Notes: generated by a model from the sequence alone, not told the origin. Positions 1 to 10,132 are shown, counted from the stretch's first letter. The stretch: 64,000 bases of DNA from an uncultured delta proteobacterium (GCA_963727625.1 CAVSHR010000004.1:1582780-1646779), one strand, 5' to 3'. Made by a program: numbers and translations.

Positions 1-1286
1 TCGATGATCGCCATATTCCGGTCGACGACGCCCTGATTTCTGGTCACCAGCGCGCAGGCTTTTCGGCCCATTTCCGCCGCTACTTCCGGTGCGCCGATGA
101 GGTGCTCGATATGGCCGGCCAACTCCGCGCCGCTGTGAACGCGAATCGCCGCCCCTTCCCGTTCCGTCGTTTCAGCAATACTGCTGTAGTTTTCCATATG
201 CGGACCGAAGAAAAGCGGTTTACCCCAGGCCGCCGGTTCGAGGATATTATGGCCGCCGCGCTGGATGAAGCTGCCGCCGACGAAAACAAAGTGAGCCAGG
301 CCGTAAAGTCTCGGCAGGTTGCCCACCGAATCGACCAGCGCAATGTGATCGGGCTGCCAGGCTTCGAACGCCGACCAGCGCTGCGACGCATAGCCGAGCC
401 GACGGATCAACCCTTCCACCGTCGCGAGCCGTTCCAGATGGCGCGGCGCGATCATGAGAAATACTTCGTGTTTATTTCCGCGCAACCGGCGGTAGCAGTC
501 GAGCAGCTCTTCCTCCTCGCCAGGATGTGTGCTGCCGGCGATCAACAATACCGCTCCCGGCGGCAACGGGTAGCGTCCATCTTCCAGCGGTGGCGCGTCG
601 AGCTGGCCGAGGGCCTGGGCGAATTTTAAATTGCCGGTGACGCTTATCTTGCTGGGAGGGACGCCGATCTTGAGCAACCGCTCGGCGTCGACTTCGGTTT
701 GCACGCAAATATGATTGAGCAGACCGAACACCGAGCGAAAGAAGAAGCGGAACTTCACCCGGCGTTGCGAGATGCGGCCGTTTACCAGTACCGACGGCAC
801 GTTATGCCGGGCCAGACACTGCAGCAGCGCCGGCCAGAGATCGGTTTCGACGATCAAGAATATCGTCGGCGCGACTTTAGCGACCACGCGTCGAACCACC
901 CAAGCCGCATCGAGAGGACAATAAAAGACTCGATCCGCGGCGATCCGATTGGCTACCGAAACCGCCCGGCCTGCGGGCGTCGCAGTCGAAAACATGATGC
1001 AACTTCGCGGGTAGCGCGCGCGAATGGCGCCAACGAGCGGAATTGCCGCCGTCACCTCGCCTGCGGAAACCGCGTGCAGCCAGAAACACGGCGCCGCTGG
1101 TTCCGCGCATTCCGAGCCGGGGACATGAGCCGGCGCCCCGTTCTCGCCCACCGCTATTCTATCTATTTTACCGAAGCGCTCGGAAAAGCTCGCTAAGTAA
1201 TCGCGCCGGCGCACGAGCTTGATCAACAACCAAAGCAGGATCAGCGGCAAAAACAGCAGAACCAACATGTGGTATAAAATAAACAT
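1..1286 (-). CDS. waaA: 3-deoxy-D-manno-octulosonic acid (Kdo) transferase, 3' end runs off the window
   Basis: Not in the ORF track (no stop inside window). Manual translation from ATG 1286: MFILYHMLVLLFLPLIL..ERFG..FWLHAVSAGEV..FSTATPAG..YCPLD..IVETDLWP..LVNGRIS..TGNLKF, typical of KdtA/WaaA. Confidence 0.9.
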   Translation of the reverse strand, partial: MFILYHMLVLLFLPLILLWLLIKLVRRRDYLASFSERFGKIDRIAVGENGAPAHVPGSECAEPAAPCFWLHAVSAGEVTAAIPLVGAIRARYPRSCIMFSTATPAGRAVSVANRIAADRVFYCPLDAAWVVRRVVAKVAPTIFLIVETDLWPALLQCLARHNVPSVLVNGRISQRRVKFRFFFRSVFGLLNHICVQTEVDAERLLKIGVPPSKISVTGNLKFAQALGQLDAPPLEDGRYPLPPGAVLLIAGSTHPGEEEELLDCYRRLRGNKHEVFLMIAPRHLERLATVEGLIRRLGYASQRWSAFEAWQPDHIALVDSVGNLPRLYGLAHFVFVGGSFIQRGGHNILEPAAWGKPLFFGPHMENYSSIAETTEREGAAIRVHSGAELAGHIEHLIGAPEVAAEMGRKACALVTRNQGVVDRNMAII

Positions 1287-1402
1287 CGAACGATCGTCGT
1301 CAATCTTCCGGACGCCGCTCTGCGAAAGCCCTCCGGTTGCTGGCCGGCTCATTCAACCCGTTCGTGAATACCTGCCTCGGCAAATTCATCGGCTTCGCTG
1401 CG

Positions 1403-2821
1403 CTAATTGAGCTGCGGCAAATCGACCATTTCATGGATATTGCCGCGGACCCGCGCGGCGTGAAATCCATCCTCGTGCTCGGCAACAATCATCGGCAGAC
1501 CGTAGCGCGGCACCATGGTTACTTGAAAGGCCCGTTCGACTCTTGCTCCTTCGACCATGCGAAAACTGAACCGCGGCAGGATAGCGCCGAGCACCTGCTT
1601 CATCATCCGCATGGCGAAGACCGGACCGATGCATTGCCGCGGCCCGGCGCTGAACGGAATATATTCATAGTGGCCCGGATTAATCGTGCGCCAACGCTGC
1701 GGATCGAAGCGGTTCGGATTGGGATAACGCTCCGGAATTCTATGGGTTAGGTAATGACTGCAAATAACCCGGTCGCCCCTGCGCAGGACCAAATTCATCA
1801 GCTCCGTGGGCGTCGTCACGGCCCGCAAGGTCAACGCCACCGCGGGCAAAACACGCATCGACTCCTTGATTACCGCATCCAGCAACGGCAAATTTTCCAA
1901 ATCGCGGTCGCACGCCGCGCTTATTTCGTCGCGCAAGGCTAGAGCCACCATCGGAAACTGCGCCAGCAAAAACAATGTCCAGCTAAGAGTCGTCGCGGTG
2001 GTTTCAAAGCTCGCGGCAAATAAAATCGCCGCTTGTCCGAATAAATCGTTTTCAGTGACGTGAGCCCTACCCTCATCGCGCGCTCTGATCAGCACGGACA
2101 AGACATCGCCGCGGTGATTTTTATCAGCCCGCCGGCGCCGGATCATTTCCTGGATCACCCCGGCTAAACGCTCGGCGTACTTGAGCAAACCGTGAAAAGA
2201 AGTACCAGGGCAGTCGACCGGGAAGTAGGTCGATCCAAAGGTGTAGCTGCGCTGAAACCACTCATCCACCATGGAACCGAAGGATAAAGAGGATTCGCCG
2301 CCGGTTTCGCCGAAAAGAGTCTCTCCGGAAATCCGCATGGTGATGCGGCGCATCTCCTCGTCCATGTCAACGACACCGCCGGCCCGCCAGCGGCCGAGCT
2401 CGTCGGCGATAATCGCCTGCATGATCGGTGTATAGCGATCCACCGCGCTTTTCATCACCGCCGGCATCACCAGCTGGCGCTGCAAACGATGTTTCGGCTC
2501 TTTCATGCGCGTCAAGCCTTGGCGCAGCTTGCTTTGCCATGAGCCGCGCGGACCGGGTATGCCCTGACCGCCGGTGCGGAACAACTCGGGATGACCGAGG
2601 ACTTCTTGGTTCCACACCGGTCCGAAGGCAAAGACGGTAGTTCTGCGCGGACCGCCCAAGGGCAAGGGCGGCCGCAGCGCGCAAAAGTCGCCGTAGCGCT
2701 TTTGCACCGCGATGAGGCAACCGATCGGATCGCGTAAATAGTATAGATACCACCGCCAGGTGGCAGTGCCCCGCAAAAGCACTGCGGCACCGACGCTTGA
2801 ATTGGCTGACGAGTCGCGCAC
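1403..2821 (-). CDS. Cytochrome P450
   Basis: I-helix AASFETT, K-helix ESMR (ExxR), meander FDPQRW, heme-ligand motif FSAGPRQCIG. Confidence 0.93.
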   Translation of the reverse strand: MRDSSANSSVGAAVLLRGTATWRWYLYYLRDPIGCLIAVQKRYGDFCALRPPLPLGGPRRTTVFAFGPVWNQEVLGHPELFRTGGQGIPGPRGSWQSKLRQGLTRMKEPKHRLQRQLVMPAVMKSAVDRYTPIMQAIIADELGRWRAGGVVDMDEEMRRITMRISGETLFGETGGESSLSFGSMVDEWFQRSYTFGSTYFPVDCPGTSFHGLLKYAERLAGVIQEMIRRRRADKNHRGDVLSVLIRARDEGRAHVTENDLFGQAAILFAASFETTATTLSWTLFLLAQFPMVALALRDEISAACDRDLENLPLLDAVIKESMRVLPAVALTLRAVTTPTELMNLVLRRGDRVICSHYLTHRIPERYPNPNRFDPQRWRTINPGHYEYIPFSAGPRQCIGPVFAMRMMKQVLGAILPRFSFRMVEGARVERAFQVTMVPRYGLPMIVAEHEDGFHAARVRGNIHEMVDLPQLN

Positions 2822-2829
2822 TTTAGCGG

Positions 2830-2858
2830 ATATTATGTCCGGTAAACGTGAGCGTCAA
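2830..2858 (-). promoter_or_regulatory. Putative sigma70 promoter for P450-waaA
   Basis: Minus strand TTGACG-N17-TAATAT just upstream of the P450 GTG (near-leaderless). Confidence 0.5.
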
Positions 2859-2904
2859 CCGAAATGACCGTTAATTTGGCGGTGGCAAAGATAATAATAT
2901 TGTT

Positions 2905-4470
2905 TCAAATTTCCCGGGACAGCTTGACAATCCGGCGAAAAAACTTTCGCGGCTGCGCGCCGGCGCGTTCACCGAGATAAGACTTTACAAATCTTAGCCG
3001 ATCCGCCGCCGTGAATGACTGGCAGGAGGCAACAGCACGCAGCAAGCGCGCGCTATTTTTTGCTCGTACTCGCCATGACACCGCTTTGCAAATAAAGCCG
3101 TCAAAGTCAATAATCTTGAGATTGTAGCGGTTTTCGCTGCCTTGCTGAACCATGATGTTTTCCGCTTTGAGATCGCGGTGCGCGACGCCGCGGTCATGCA
3201 TCCGTCTGAGCATCAATGCCAGCGCTCGGATCAGCTCTAGCTTGGCGCGCCGATCGTCGCTTTGGCGCGCCAAAACCTCCGACAATTCGTTCCCCGCAGC
3301 CTCGCTGGTGATCAAATAGCTCTCCCGTAGTACCCGCCAGCGACGGCGCTCGATATAGGCTACGGGAAGCGCCACACCGACACCGCGCATGAAGCAACTA
3401 TTGCCGGCGCGCCACACTCGCTTGGCCCGCGAGGCGCGAAGGAAATCTTTCAGCGCGTACGCGACACCTTGATAGTTGTAGCGCTTAACGAACAACGCAT
3501 GTTCCGCGAGCGCTACCTCTCCGACGGTCGTGGTGCGGGAGTCCTTGACGATGGAGGCCTTGGAAAATAGCCTGCCGGGATTGGCAAGCAAAGATTGCAA
3601 TTCGTCATTCCACGCGCCGCGTCGGACAAAACCCCTGAATTCGCCGTTTCGAAACCGGGAGAATTCTCGATTGTCGGCCAGGCAGCGCTTTTGCCTCGAG
3701 CGCCAAACATCGAGGCGATGACGCTGCCCCGCCTTATCCAAGTGCCGCGTCAAGCGCCGCTCATCGATGGCCAAGATCGGACGCAAAGATAGATAAGCCT
3801 TCAGGAAACGGCGGCGATCGGTCCGACTCGCACTAACGCATCCGCCATGCAGCGCGGCGAGGTCTCGCCAGCGCTTGGCGGTTGCGCGCAGAGCATCGAT
3901 ATTGACTCTTTGCAGATCGAGGAGAAACAGTTGGGACTTGGCCCCGCAGTCGCGATAGAGCAGATTGCCGAGATGAAGATCGCGCTGATAAAAGCCCTCG
4001 TCGTGCATGGCTCGGATCGACAGCGCCGCTTGGCGCAAGATTCGCCATTTTTTTGACGGCGGCTCTTGGCCGCCAAAAAGTTCTTCCAGGGACACCGCAT
4101 CATCGACAAACTCGGTCACCAACAAGCTCTGCCGTGTCGATCCCTGACGCCGCCAGCCGAGGGCAAGAGCCTTGGGCACGGCCAGGCCGCGCCGTTCGGC
4201 TTCGCGCAGGGCGCGCCACTCGCGCAGCGCCGGCGCGCCGCGCCAGAAATTTTTCACTTGATCGAGCACGCCGCGGTGAAAAAATTGCTTGACGATCAGC
4301 GCCGGCCGACCGGGAACATACAAGACGCGCCGGCGCTGGGTGTAGCGAAGAATTCGACAGGGCAGCTTCGGCGGCAAATGGACAATCGCGCGGGCAGCGG
4401 CGCAGTCGGCGAGTTCGCCCCAGATAACGCCTTCAAGATCGAGCTCGCAAGCCCGGTACGCCTCATCCAT
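2905..4470 (-). CDS. Tandem two-domain LPS kinase (Kdo/WaaP/InaA family)
   Basis: Two kinase-like halves: VKQF..YQRDLHLGN..LLDL and VKRY..HRDLKAEN..IIDFD; ATG 4470 overlaps the upstream gene's 3' end. Confidence 0.88.
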   Translation of the reverse strand: MDEAYRACELDLEGVIWGELADCAAARAIVHLPPKLPCRILRYTQRRRVLYVPGRPALIVKQFFHRGVLDQVKNFWRGAPALREWRALREAERRGLAVPKALALGWRRQGSTRQSLLVTEFVDDAVSLEELFGGQEPPSKKWRILRQAALSIRAMHDEGFYQRDLHLGNLLYRDCGAKSQLFLLDLQRVNIDALRATAKRWRDLAALHGGCVSASRTDRRRFLKAYLSLRPILAIDERRLTRHLDKAGQRHRLDVWRSRQKRCLADNREFSRFRNGEFRGFVRRGAWNDELQSLLANPGRLFSKASIVKDSRTTTVGEVALAEHALFVKRYNYQGVAYALKDFLRASRAKRVWRAGNSCFMRGVGVALPVAYIERRRWRVLRESYLITSEAAGNELSEVLARQSDDRRAKLELIRALALMLRRMHDRGVAHRDLKAENIMVQQGSENRYNLKIIDFDGFICKAVSWRVRAKNSARLLRAVASCQSFTAADRLRFVKSYLGERAGAQPRKFFRRIVKLSREI

Positions 4471-5236
4471 CTTTCCGTCCGGCGGATGACTTTTTGAGCG
4501 CGCGGCCAAGCCGCTGGAAGCGGCAGGTAAAATCATAGAGTGACGAGAGTCGTCTCTGAAAGCGCTTGAGGGAAGTGAATTCGTCTACCGGAACCCTTTT
4601 CAGACGAAACTGATCCCGCCGCGCGTGCAGGTTGCCCCGGCGGATCGAACAAGCGAGCCGGTAACCGGCCTCCGCGGCGAGGCTTTGCGCCAGCGCATTA
4701 TGATCGCCGTAGGGATAGGCGAAGCTGGTTGCGGCAACGCCGAGCTTTTCTTCGAGCTCGAGTCGTGAGTGCAAAAGCTCCCGCCTGGCTTCGTCCAGCG
4801 GCACCCGCGTGAGGCGCGGATGGCTGATCGTATGCGAAGCGATTTCAATGCCATGCCGGCTGATTTCCTTAATCTGCGACCAACTCATCAACGGAGTTTG
4901 GCAGCCGCCGTCCCACCGGCTCGCGCCACCCACCTCGCGGGTGACGACAAACACCGTCGCGACAAAATTATGACGCGATAAAATCGGATATGCGTGTTGG
5001 TAGAAATTGTCGTAGCCGTCATCAAAAGTGAGCGCGGCGATTTTGTTGTTTTCGCCGCCCTGACCGAGAATGATTGGCAAGGCCTCGCGCAGGCTGACGC
5101 AGCGGTAGCCGGCGCGCGCCAGATAATCCATTTGCTCGGCGAAGCGCTCGCTAGAAACCCACAAGCGGCGGTGCCCGAGCGGCTCCCGTTTCACGCCGAC
5201 GTGGTGATAATAGAAAATCGGTAAGAGTCTCGCCAT
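4463..5236 (-). CDS. Polysaccharide deacetylase (CE4/NodB-like)
   Basis: YHHV, LTFDDGY, SHTISH, FAYPYG motifs; start 5236 via TGATG overlap with GT4 stop. Confidence 0.88.
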   Translation of the reverse strand: MARLLPIFYYHHVGVKREPLGHRRLWVSSERFAEQMDYLARAGYRCVSLREALPIILGQGGENNKIAALTFDDGYDNFYQHAYPILSRHNFVATVFVVTREVGGASRWDGGCQTPLMSWSQIKEISRHGIEIASHTISHPRLTRVPLDEARRELLHSRLELEEKLGVAATSFAYPYGDHNALAQSLAAEAGYRLACSIRRGNLHARRDQFRLKRVPVDEFTSLKRFQRRLSSLYDFTCRFQRLGRALKKSSAGRKDG

Positions 5237-6420
5237 CACGCTTCCGGTCGCGACGCTGCGCCGCTTTCCGTTACGGTGAAATCCGCGCGCTGCCCGTTTA
5301 GCAGCGCTTGATAGAGCTCCAGATGGCGCCTGGCCACCCTGTTCCAATGGAATTTGTCCACCCAGCGGCGCGCTTGCTCGCCCATGCGCTGGACGCCGGC
5401 CGAGTCGTCAAGCATGGTTGCCAACGCTTCGGTGAGCGCGGAGACGGAATCGGGCTCGAAGAGCACGCCGGTTTGGCCGTCGACGACGAGCTCTTTCAAT
5501 CCAGAAACGGCACTGCCGGCCACGGCTCGTCCCGCCGCGTAACTCTCCAATGCGACCAGGCCGAACGCCTCATCGAGCCGCGACGGGATAACGCTAAACA
5601 GCGCGTTCTGCAGCAGATAGGCCTTAGTCGCACCGTCGACCCAACCGACGAAGCAACACCGATCGGCCAATCCTAACTCCTTTGCCTGCGTTAAAAGCGC
5701 CGGGCCGTCGTCTCCCTCGCCGGCAATCACCAGTTGACATGAACGCTCCGTCGAGGCTTTAGCGAATGCGGCCAACAGGCAGTCCACGCCTTTTCTAACC
5801 CGCAAGCGGCCGAGGTAAAGAATATAGTTGCCTGCTTGGACTCTGTCATCGAGCCCAACGGGCCGTTTATGGAGCCCACTCCAGCGTTCGATGTCGACGC
5901 CGTTGGGAATCCGCACAATCGACCGCACTGCCGGACAAAGGCGCCGATACTCCGCTTCCATCGACTCGCTGAGGGCCACCAGAACGTCGGCTTGGGCCAA
6001 CGCTTCGAGGTAGCGACCGCGAATCTGGCGTTTGGCCAGGCGCACATTTTCCTTGCCGAGCCCTCCCTCGTGGTTGGTCACGACGACGGGAACCGGCATC
6101 GCCGCGCGACAAAGCGCGGCGATGTATCCAGGCGGATAGATGCCGTGGCAGTGCAACAAGTCGAAGCCTTCGCGCCGATAGAGCCGCAGCAAAGAACCCC
6201 GATACCAGCTCACAAATTTGTGGGTGGAATAAAACCGCGGATGGCGCACAACAGCGTAAGGAAGAGCCTTGTCCAGTGCCTTGAGCGGCCGGCGCGGCCG
6301 CGGCGCCAACACAACGACCTGGTGGCCCATGGCCGACATCGCTCGCCCCAGGGCGTCGACCACCACCTCTTGGCCGCCGCGTTTGGGCATCGCGGTGCTG
6401 GTGTAATAACAGATTTTCAG
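5236..6420 (-). CDS. Glycosyltransferase family 4
   Basis: IPNGVD, GRLRVRKG, EAFGLVALES; frame extends to CTG at 6420 (LKICYYTS..) behind AAGGAG, ATG 6390 is the alternative start. Confidence 0.88.
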   Translation of the reverse strand: MKICYYTSTAMPKRGGQEVVVDALGRAMSAMGHQVVVLAPRPRRPLKALDKALPYAVVRHPRFYSTHKFVSWYRGSLLRLYRREGFDLLHCHGIYPPGYIAALCRAAMPVPVVVTNHEGGLGKENVRLAKRQIRGRYLEALAQADVLVALSESMEAEYRRLCPAVRSIVRIPNGVDIERWSGLHKRPVGLDDRVQAGNYILYLGRLRVRKGVDCLLAAFAKASTERSCQLVIAGEGDDGPALLTQAKELGLADRCCFVGWVDGATKAYLLQNALFSVIPSRLDEAFGLVALESYAAGRAVAGSAVSGLKELVVDGQTGVLFEPDSVSALTEALATMLDDSAGVQRMGEQARRWVDKFHWNRVARRHLELYQALLNGQRADFTVTESGAASRPEA

Positions 6421-6451
6421 ATCGATGCTCCTTGGCGGCGTACGATCGCTT

Positions 6452-7810
6452 TCATACGCGAGCCGGTCGAAAAGACTTTAGCACCATCACGGCGACGGTC
6501 GCGAAGTACCCGGGGCGCAAGATGCCATGGGGCGGAAAGGGCGAACCGACCAGGGCGGTCAACCGACCGGTCTCGGAATTAACGGCATAACCCGAGACGG
6601 TGTCCACCTCGCGATTGACTAGATAGAGGAATCGGCCGGCCGGGTCGATGATCGGCTCGCGCGGATGACTGCCGGGCAAAAATTTCGAACCCGAGCTAAA
6701 CGGCGCTCCGGCGATCGGGGTCAAAACGCCGCTGTTCTCATCGACCATAAAAGCGGAAATATCTCCCGAGCGGTAATTGTTGACGTAGAGGAATTTGCCC
6801 GATGGATGAAAAATCGGCCACACCGGATAGATGCCGGCCGCGAATGGCGATCCGGGCAATTCCGCGAGCGCGCCGCCGCCATCGATGGCGAAAGCCGACA
6901 GCGTATTAAAACGCAAATTGGTCACGTACCCGAACCGGCCGCTCGGATGAATCGTAAAGGCAAAGGGGCGCTTGCCGACGGCGCGGGGCGAATTCGCCAG
7001 CGGCAGCAAACGCCCCGTGCTCCCGTCGATGGTGAAAAGCGATAAATCGTTGGAGCCACGATTGGTGACGTAGAGAAATCTGCCGCTCGGGTCGATGTTG
7101 ATCGACCTTGGGTCATTGCCCACCTTGACCGGCGAATCGGCGAGGGGCTTGAGCGCGCCGTTTTCCAAGTCGATCGCATAAGCGGAAATGGTGTCGGCGC
7201 CCTGATGGGCCGCATAGGCAAAGCGACCGAACGGATCGATGACCGTGTAGCGCGTGCGCTGACCGGCGGGAACTTGGCCGGCCGGCTCAAGTGCGCCCGA
7301 CTGCTGATCCACGGTGAATACCGAGATGCTGTGGAAATCACGATTGGAGACGAAAGCCAGCCGGCCCGAAGGATGGAGCCTCACGTTGCGCGGCCGGGCC
7401 CCGGTCGGAAACGGGGAACCCGGAATCGGCTTGAGTTGGCCGGTCTCGGAATTGATCTGAAAGCCGGAAATGGATTGCCCGTCCCAATTGGCGGCATAAA
7501 GAAAACGGCCATCGCCATCCACGGTCACCGCCCGCGGATGCTTGCCCGTGCGAAACGGCGATTGCGGCACTGCCGCGAGCCGGCCAGTGTGGGGCTCGAT
7601 GGCGTAAGCGGAAATCGCTGCCAAATCCCAATTAGCCGCGTAAAAAAAGTTTCCGCTGGGCTCGACCAGCGAAAGCCGCGGGCCGAACCAATCGGAAACG
7701 TAGGTGTAACTCGAACTCAACAAGCTGCTCGGCGTAGACAATTGCGATTGCGGCCTCGTGGAAAATCTTTCTTCGGGAAGTTTGACTAGCCGTTGGAATG
7801 GAAATATCAC
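6452..7810 (-). CDS. Lactonase-family (6-phosphogluconolactonase-like) beta-propeller protein
   Basis: Repeated blades (D/H)PSGRFLY..N..IS.F.ID..TG.L..GSPF; no clear signal peptide. Confidence 0.8.
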   Translation of the reverse strand: MIFPFQRLVKLPEERFSTRPQSQLSTPSSLLSSSYTYVSDWFGPRLSLVEPSGNFFYAANWDLAAISAYAIEPHTGRLAAVPQSPFRTGKHPRAVTVDGDGRFLYAANWDGQSISGFQINSETGQLKPIPGSPFPTGARPRNVRLHPSGRLAFVSNRDFHSISVFTVDQQSGALEPAGQVPAGQRTRYTVIDPFGRFAYAAHQGADTISAYAIDLENGALKPLADSPVKVGNDPRSINIDPSGRFLYVTNRGSNDLSLFTIDGSTGRLLPLANSPRAVGKRPFAFTIHPSGRFGYVTNLRFNTLSAFAIDGGGALAELPGSPFAAGIYPVWPIFHPSGKFLYVNNYRSGDISAFMVDENSGVLTPIAGAPFSSGSKFLPGSHPREPIIDPAGRFLYLVNREVDTVSGYAVNSETGRLTALVGSPFPPHGILRPGYFATVAVMVLKSFRPARV

Positions 7811-7831
7811 GCGGCGTTTTTTCCTGTCAAT

Positions 7832-8815
7832 CTACCGGCCGTGAAACCGGTCGTTCGTCGCGCGATCATAATATTTGCAGGACCGGCGTGACCTGAAAAA
7901 AAACTCAGCTGCGCGCGCGCCGGCTGCCATAGGTCCGGCGTTGGCGCCGCGACGACATTTTTTGTAGCGATTGTAGTTCCAATAATATTGGTCGGGATAG
8001 CGGCGCACCAGGTTCTCGATGGCAAGATTGAGCTTGGTTTCGTCGAAATCATCGGCCGCCAGCGGCTCGAAATGCAGCCGGAAGCCTTTGCCACCGGGCA
8101 ATCGCTCACCGAATGTCAGCATGAAGGCCGCACCGCTCAATTGTTGCAACTTGCGCGGCAGTGTCGCCGTGAACGCCGGTTTGCCGAAAAAGTCGGCCCA
8201 CACCCCCTCGCCGATGCCCGGCGCATGATCCGGCAATAGCCCGATCGACTCGCCGCGACGCAAGGCTTGGCAGAGCATCTTGACCCCTTTGAAGCTGGTC
8301 GGCGCCAAAGGCATCTGCCGATAAGTTCGGCCGCTGAGCATTAATTCATCGAGCCGTTTCGACCTTTGCGGCCGATACATCACCGCTAGCGGGAACTGGG
8401 TAGCCACATAACGGGCGGCGATTTCGAAGCAGCCCATATGAGGCGACAGGAAAATGATGCTCTGTCCTTGGCGGTGCAAGGATTCTACTTTATCCCAGCC
8501 ACGGAGCTCGACGACAAGGCGGGTGAAGGCTTTTTCATCTCTGAACCAGACTGCCGGCAATTCCATCAAAGCACGGCCGTCTTGCGCGATCACGGCATGC
8601 AAGAGCTTACGGTACGACTGCGCATCGCCGCCGAGACCGCTGATGGCGAGATTACTTTGCATGCGCCGCGCATAGCCCGAAGAAAACCAGTACACCAGCC
8701 AACCGACCGCAACTCCATAGGCATGTAACCATTGCAGCGGAATCCTGCTCGTCAGGCGAAGAAACGACAACAACAACGAATCCACACTCCGGCTCCCGTC
8801 GACGATAACGTTCAA
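7832..8815 (-). CDS. Lipid A secondary acyltransferase (LpxL/HtrB family)
   Basis: HMGCFE, LLPDH, ADFFG, PDQYYWNYNRYK motifs. Confidence 0.88.
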   Translation of the reverse strand: MNVIVDGSRSVDSLLLSFLRLTSRIPLQWLHAYGVAVGWLVYWFSSGYARRMQSNLAISGLGGDAQSYRKLLHAVIAQDGRALMELPAVWFRDEKAFTRLVVELRGWDKVESLHRQGQSIIFLSPHMGCFEIAARYVATQFPLAVMYRPQRSKRLDELMLSGRTYRQMPLAPTSFKGVKMLCQALRRGESIGLLPDHAPGIGEGVWADFFGKPAFTATLPRKLQQLSGAAFMLTFGERLPGGKGFRLHFEPLAADDFDETKLNLAIENLVRRYPDQYYWNYNRYKKCRRGANAGPMAAGARAAEFFFRSRRSCKYYDRATNDRFHGR

Positions 8816-9025
8816 GGATGGCGCGACCGGCGCGCGGCCAAGGCGAATCGAGGCGTCCGGCGGCGCGGCAACCCAATAACTAGATTTTTCGATGCGCTGT
8901 TTTTGAGGCTAGCCGACAGCCGCGAACTATGTCAAGTTGGTGACGTTGTACCGAGGATTCCCGGTCTGAATTGGTTATTTTTGCATCGTGCGAGCTGCTC
9001 AGGCGATAAGAATGTCGCTCAAATC

Positions 9026-10090
9026 ATGACCATGAAGTTGCTCGAACTCGGCTGTCTTTGTCTCACCGTTCCGCACTTGAAAGAATTCATGGAGATCGCC
9101 GGATATCCCGGCAAGGGCCTCATCGCCGCACTCACCGGAGTATTTTTGTTCGCCTATGGTTACTATCGCGCCGACGACAAAGCAAAACGGCTCGGCTGGG
9201 CGATCCTGATTTCGTTATCAGCGGTGGCCGTCCTGACAGTTCTCCTGAAGTATAGCCTGCGGTTTCCCCGGCCGACGCCGCGCGCCGGCTTCGGTTTTCC
9301 ATCCGGCGATAGCGCGACAGCCTTCAGTCTCGCCGCCGCGGCTGGCACGGCTTATCCGACCGCAGCGCCGGTGTTTTTTCTCGCCGCCACCTTGGCCGCG
9401 ATTTCACGACTCTACTTTCGCGCTCATTTTGTCTGGGACGTACTCGGCGGCGCATTACTCGGATGCGCTTGCAGCTATTGGTCGGCGCGCAAGCTTTTAC
9501 CGGATCGGCAGAACGTGGGTCATTCCATTCTATGGTTTCTCGGCTGGCTTCCATGCGCCATCCTTGGGGTCGCCGCGTTGTCGTTCTTCTGGTCCCTCGA
9601 GCGACAAATCGGCGCGCACAAACTGCCGCATGAACAGCGGAGGACGCCAAGGGTGTCCACGCTGTCGATTGAGTTCGGCACGGCCCCGGCAAGGCAGCAT
9701 TTGCTGAACGGCTGGTCGACCGACCGGGTCTGGCCCGGGGAAAAGATTCCCTTCAACTGGGTCGAAGGCTCACACGCTGCGGTGAGGGTAGGCGTGGCAA
9801 CGCCGCGACAGTCGCGAATGTTGATTCGCGCTTATCCGTACCGGCCTCACGGGTTCCTGTGCCAGCGGGCAAATATCGCTCTTAACGGCAATGCTCTGGT
9901 AGCCGCGTGGCTGGAGCAGGACTGGCAGACCTACCAACTTGAAGTCCCGGCAGGTTTATTCCATGTCGGCGAGAATCGTATTGACTTTGGATTCCCCTAT
10001 TCGGACAAAAGCAATTGGCATGGGATGAATCCCGATCAAAAACCCCTGAGTGTCGCGTTTCACTGGCTGCGCCTAGCGCCCAGCCCATAG
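9026..10090 (+). CDS. PAP2-family membrane phosphatase fused to a C-terminal extracytoplasmic beta domain
   Basis: KYSLRFPRP, FPSGD, SRLYFRAHFVWD motifs with TM helices; start moved to ATG 9026 to avoid overlap with the divergent gene. Confidence 0.75.
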   Translation: MTMKLLELGCLCLTVPHLKEFMEIAGYPGKGLIAALTGVFLFAYGYYRADDKAKRLGWAILISLSAVAVLTVLLKYSLRFPRPTPRAGFGFPSGDSATAFSLAAAAGTAYPTAAPVFFLAATLAAISRLYFRAHFVWDVLGGALLGCACSYWSARKLLPDRQNVGHSILWFLGWLPCAILGVAALSFFWSLERQIGAHKLPHEQRRTPRVSTLSIEFGTAPARQHLLNGWSTDRVWPGEKIPFNWVEGSHAAVRVGVATPRQSRMLIRAYPYRPHGFLCQRANIALNGNALVAAWLEQDWQTYQLEVPAGLFHVGENRIDFGFPYSDKSNWHGMNPDQKPLSVAFHWLRLAPSP

Positions 10091-10132
10091 TGCGTGTTGC
10101 TTGAGTGAATAACCTGAGCTCGGATTGATTCT

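Noticed and set aside
1300-1389. 29-aa ORF between P450 and waaA as a leader peptide
   Set aside because: No clear SD or compositional signal
8732-9025. Long N-terminal extension of the PAP2 ORF
   Set aside because: Overlaps the divergent acyltransferase gene and its promoter region; sequence not PAP2-like
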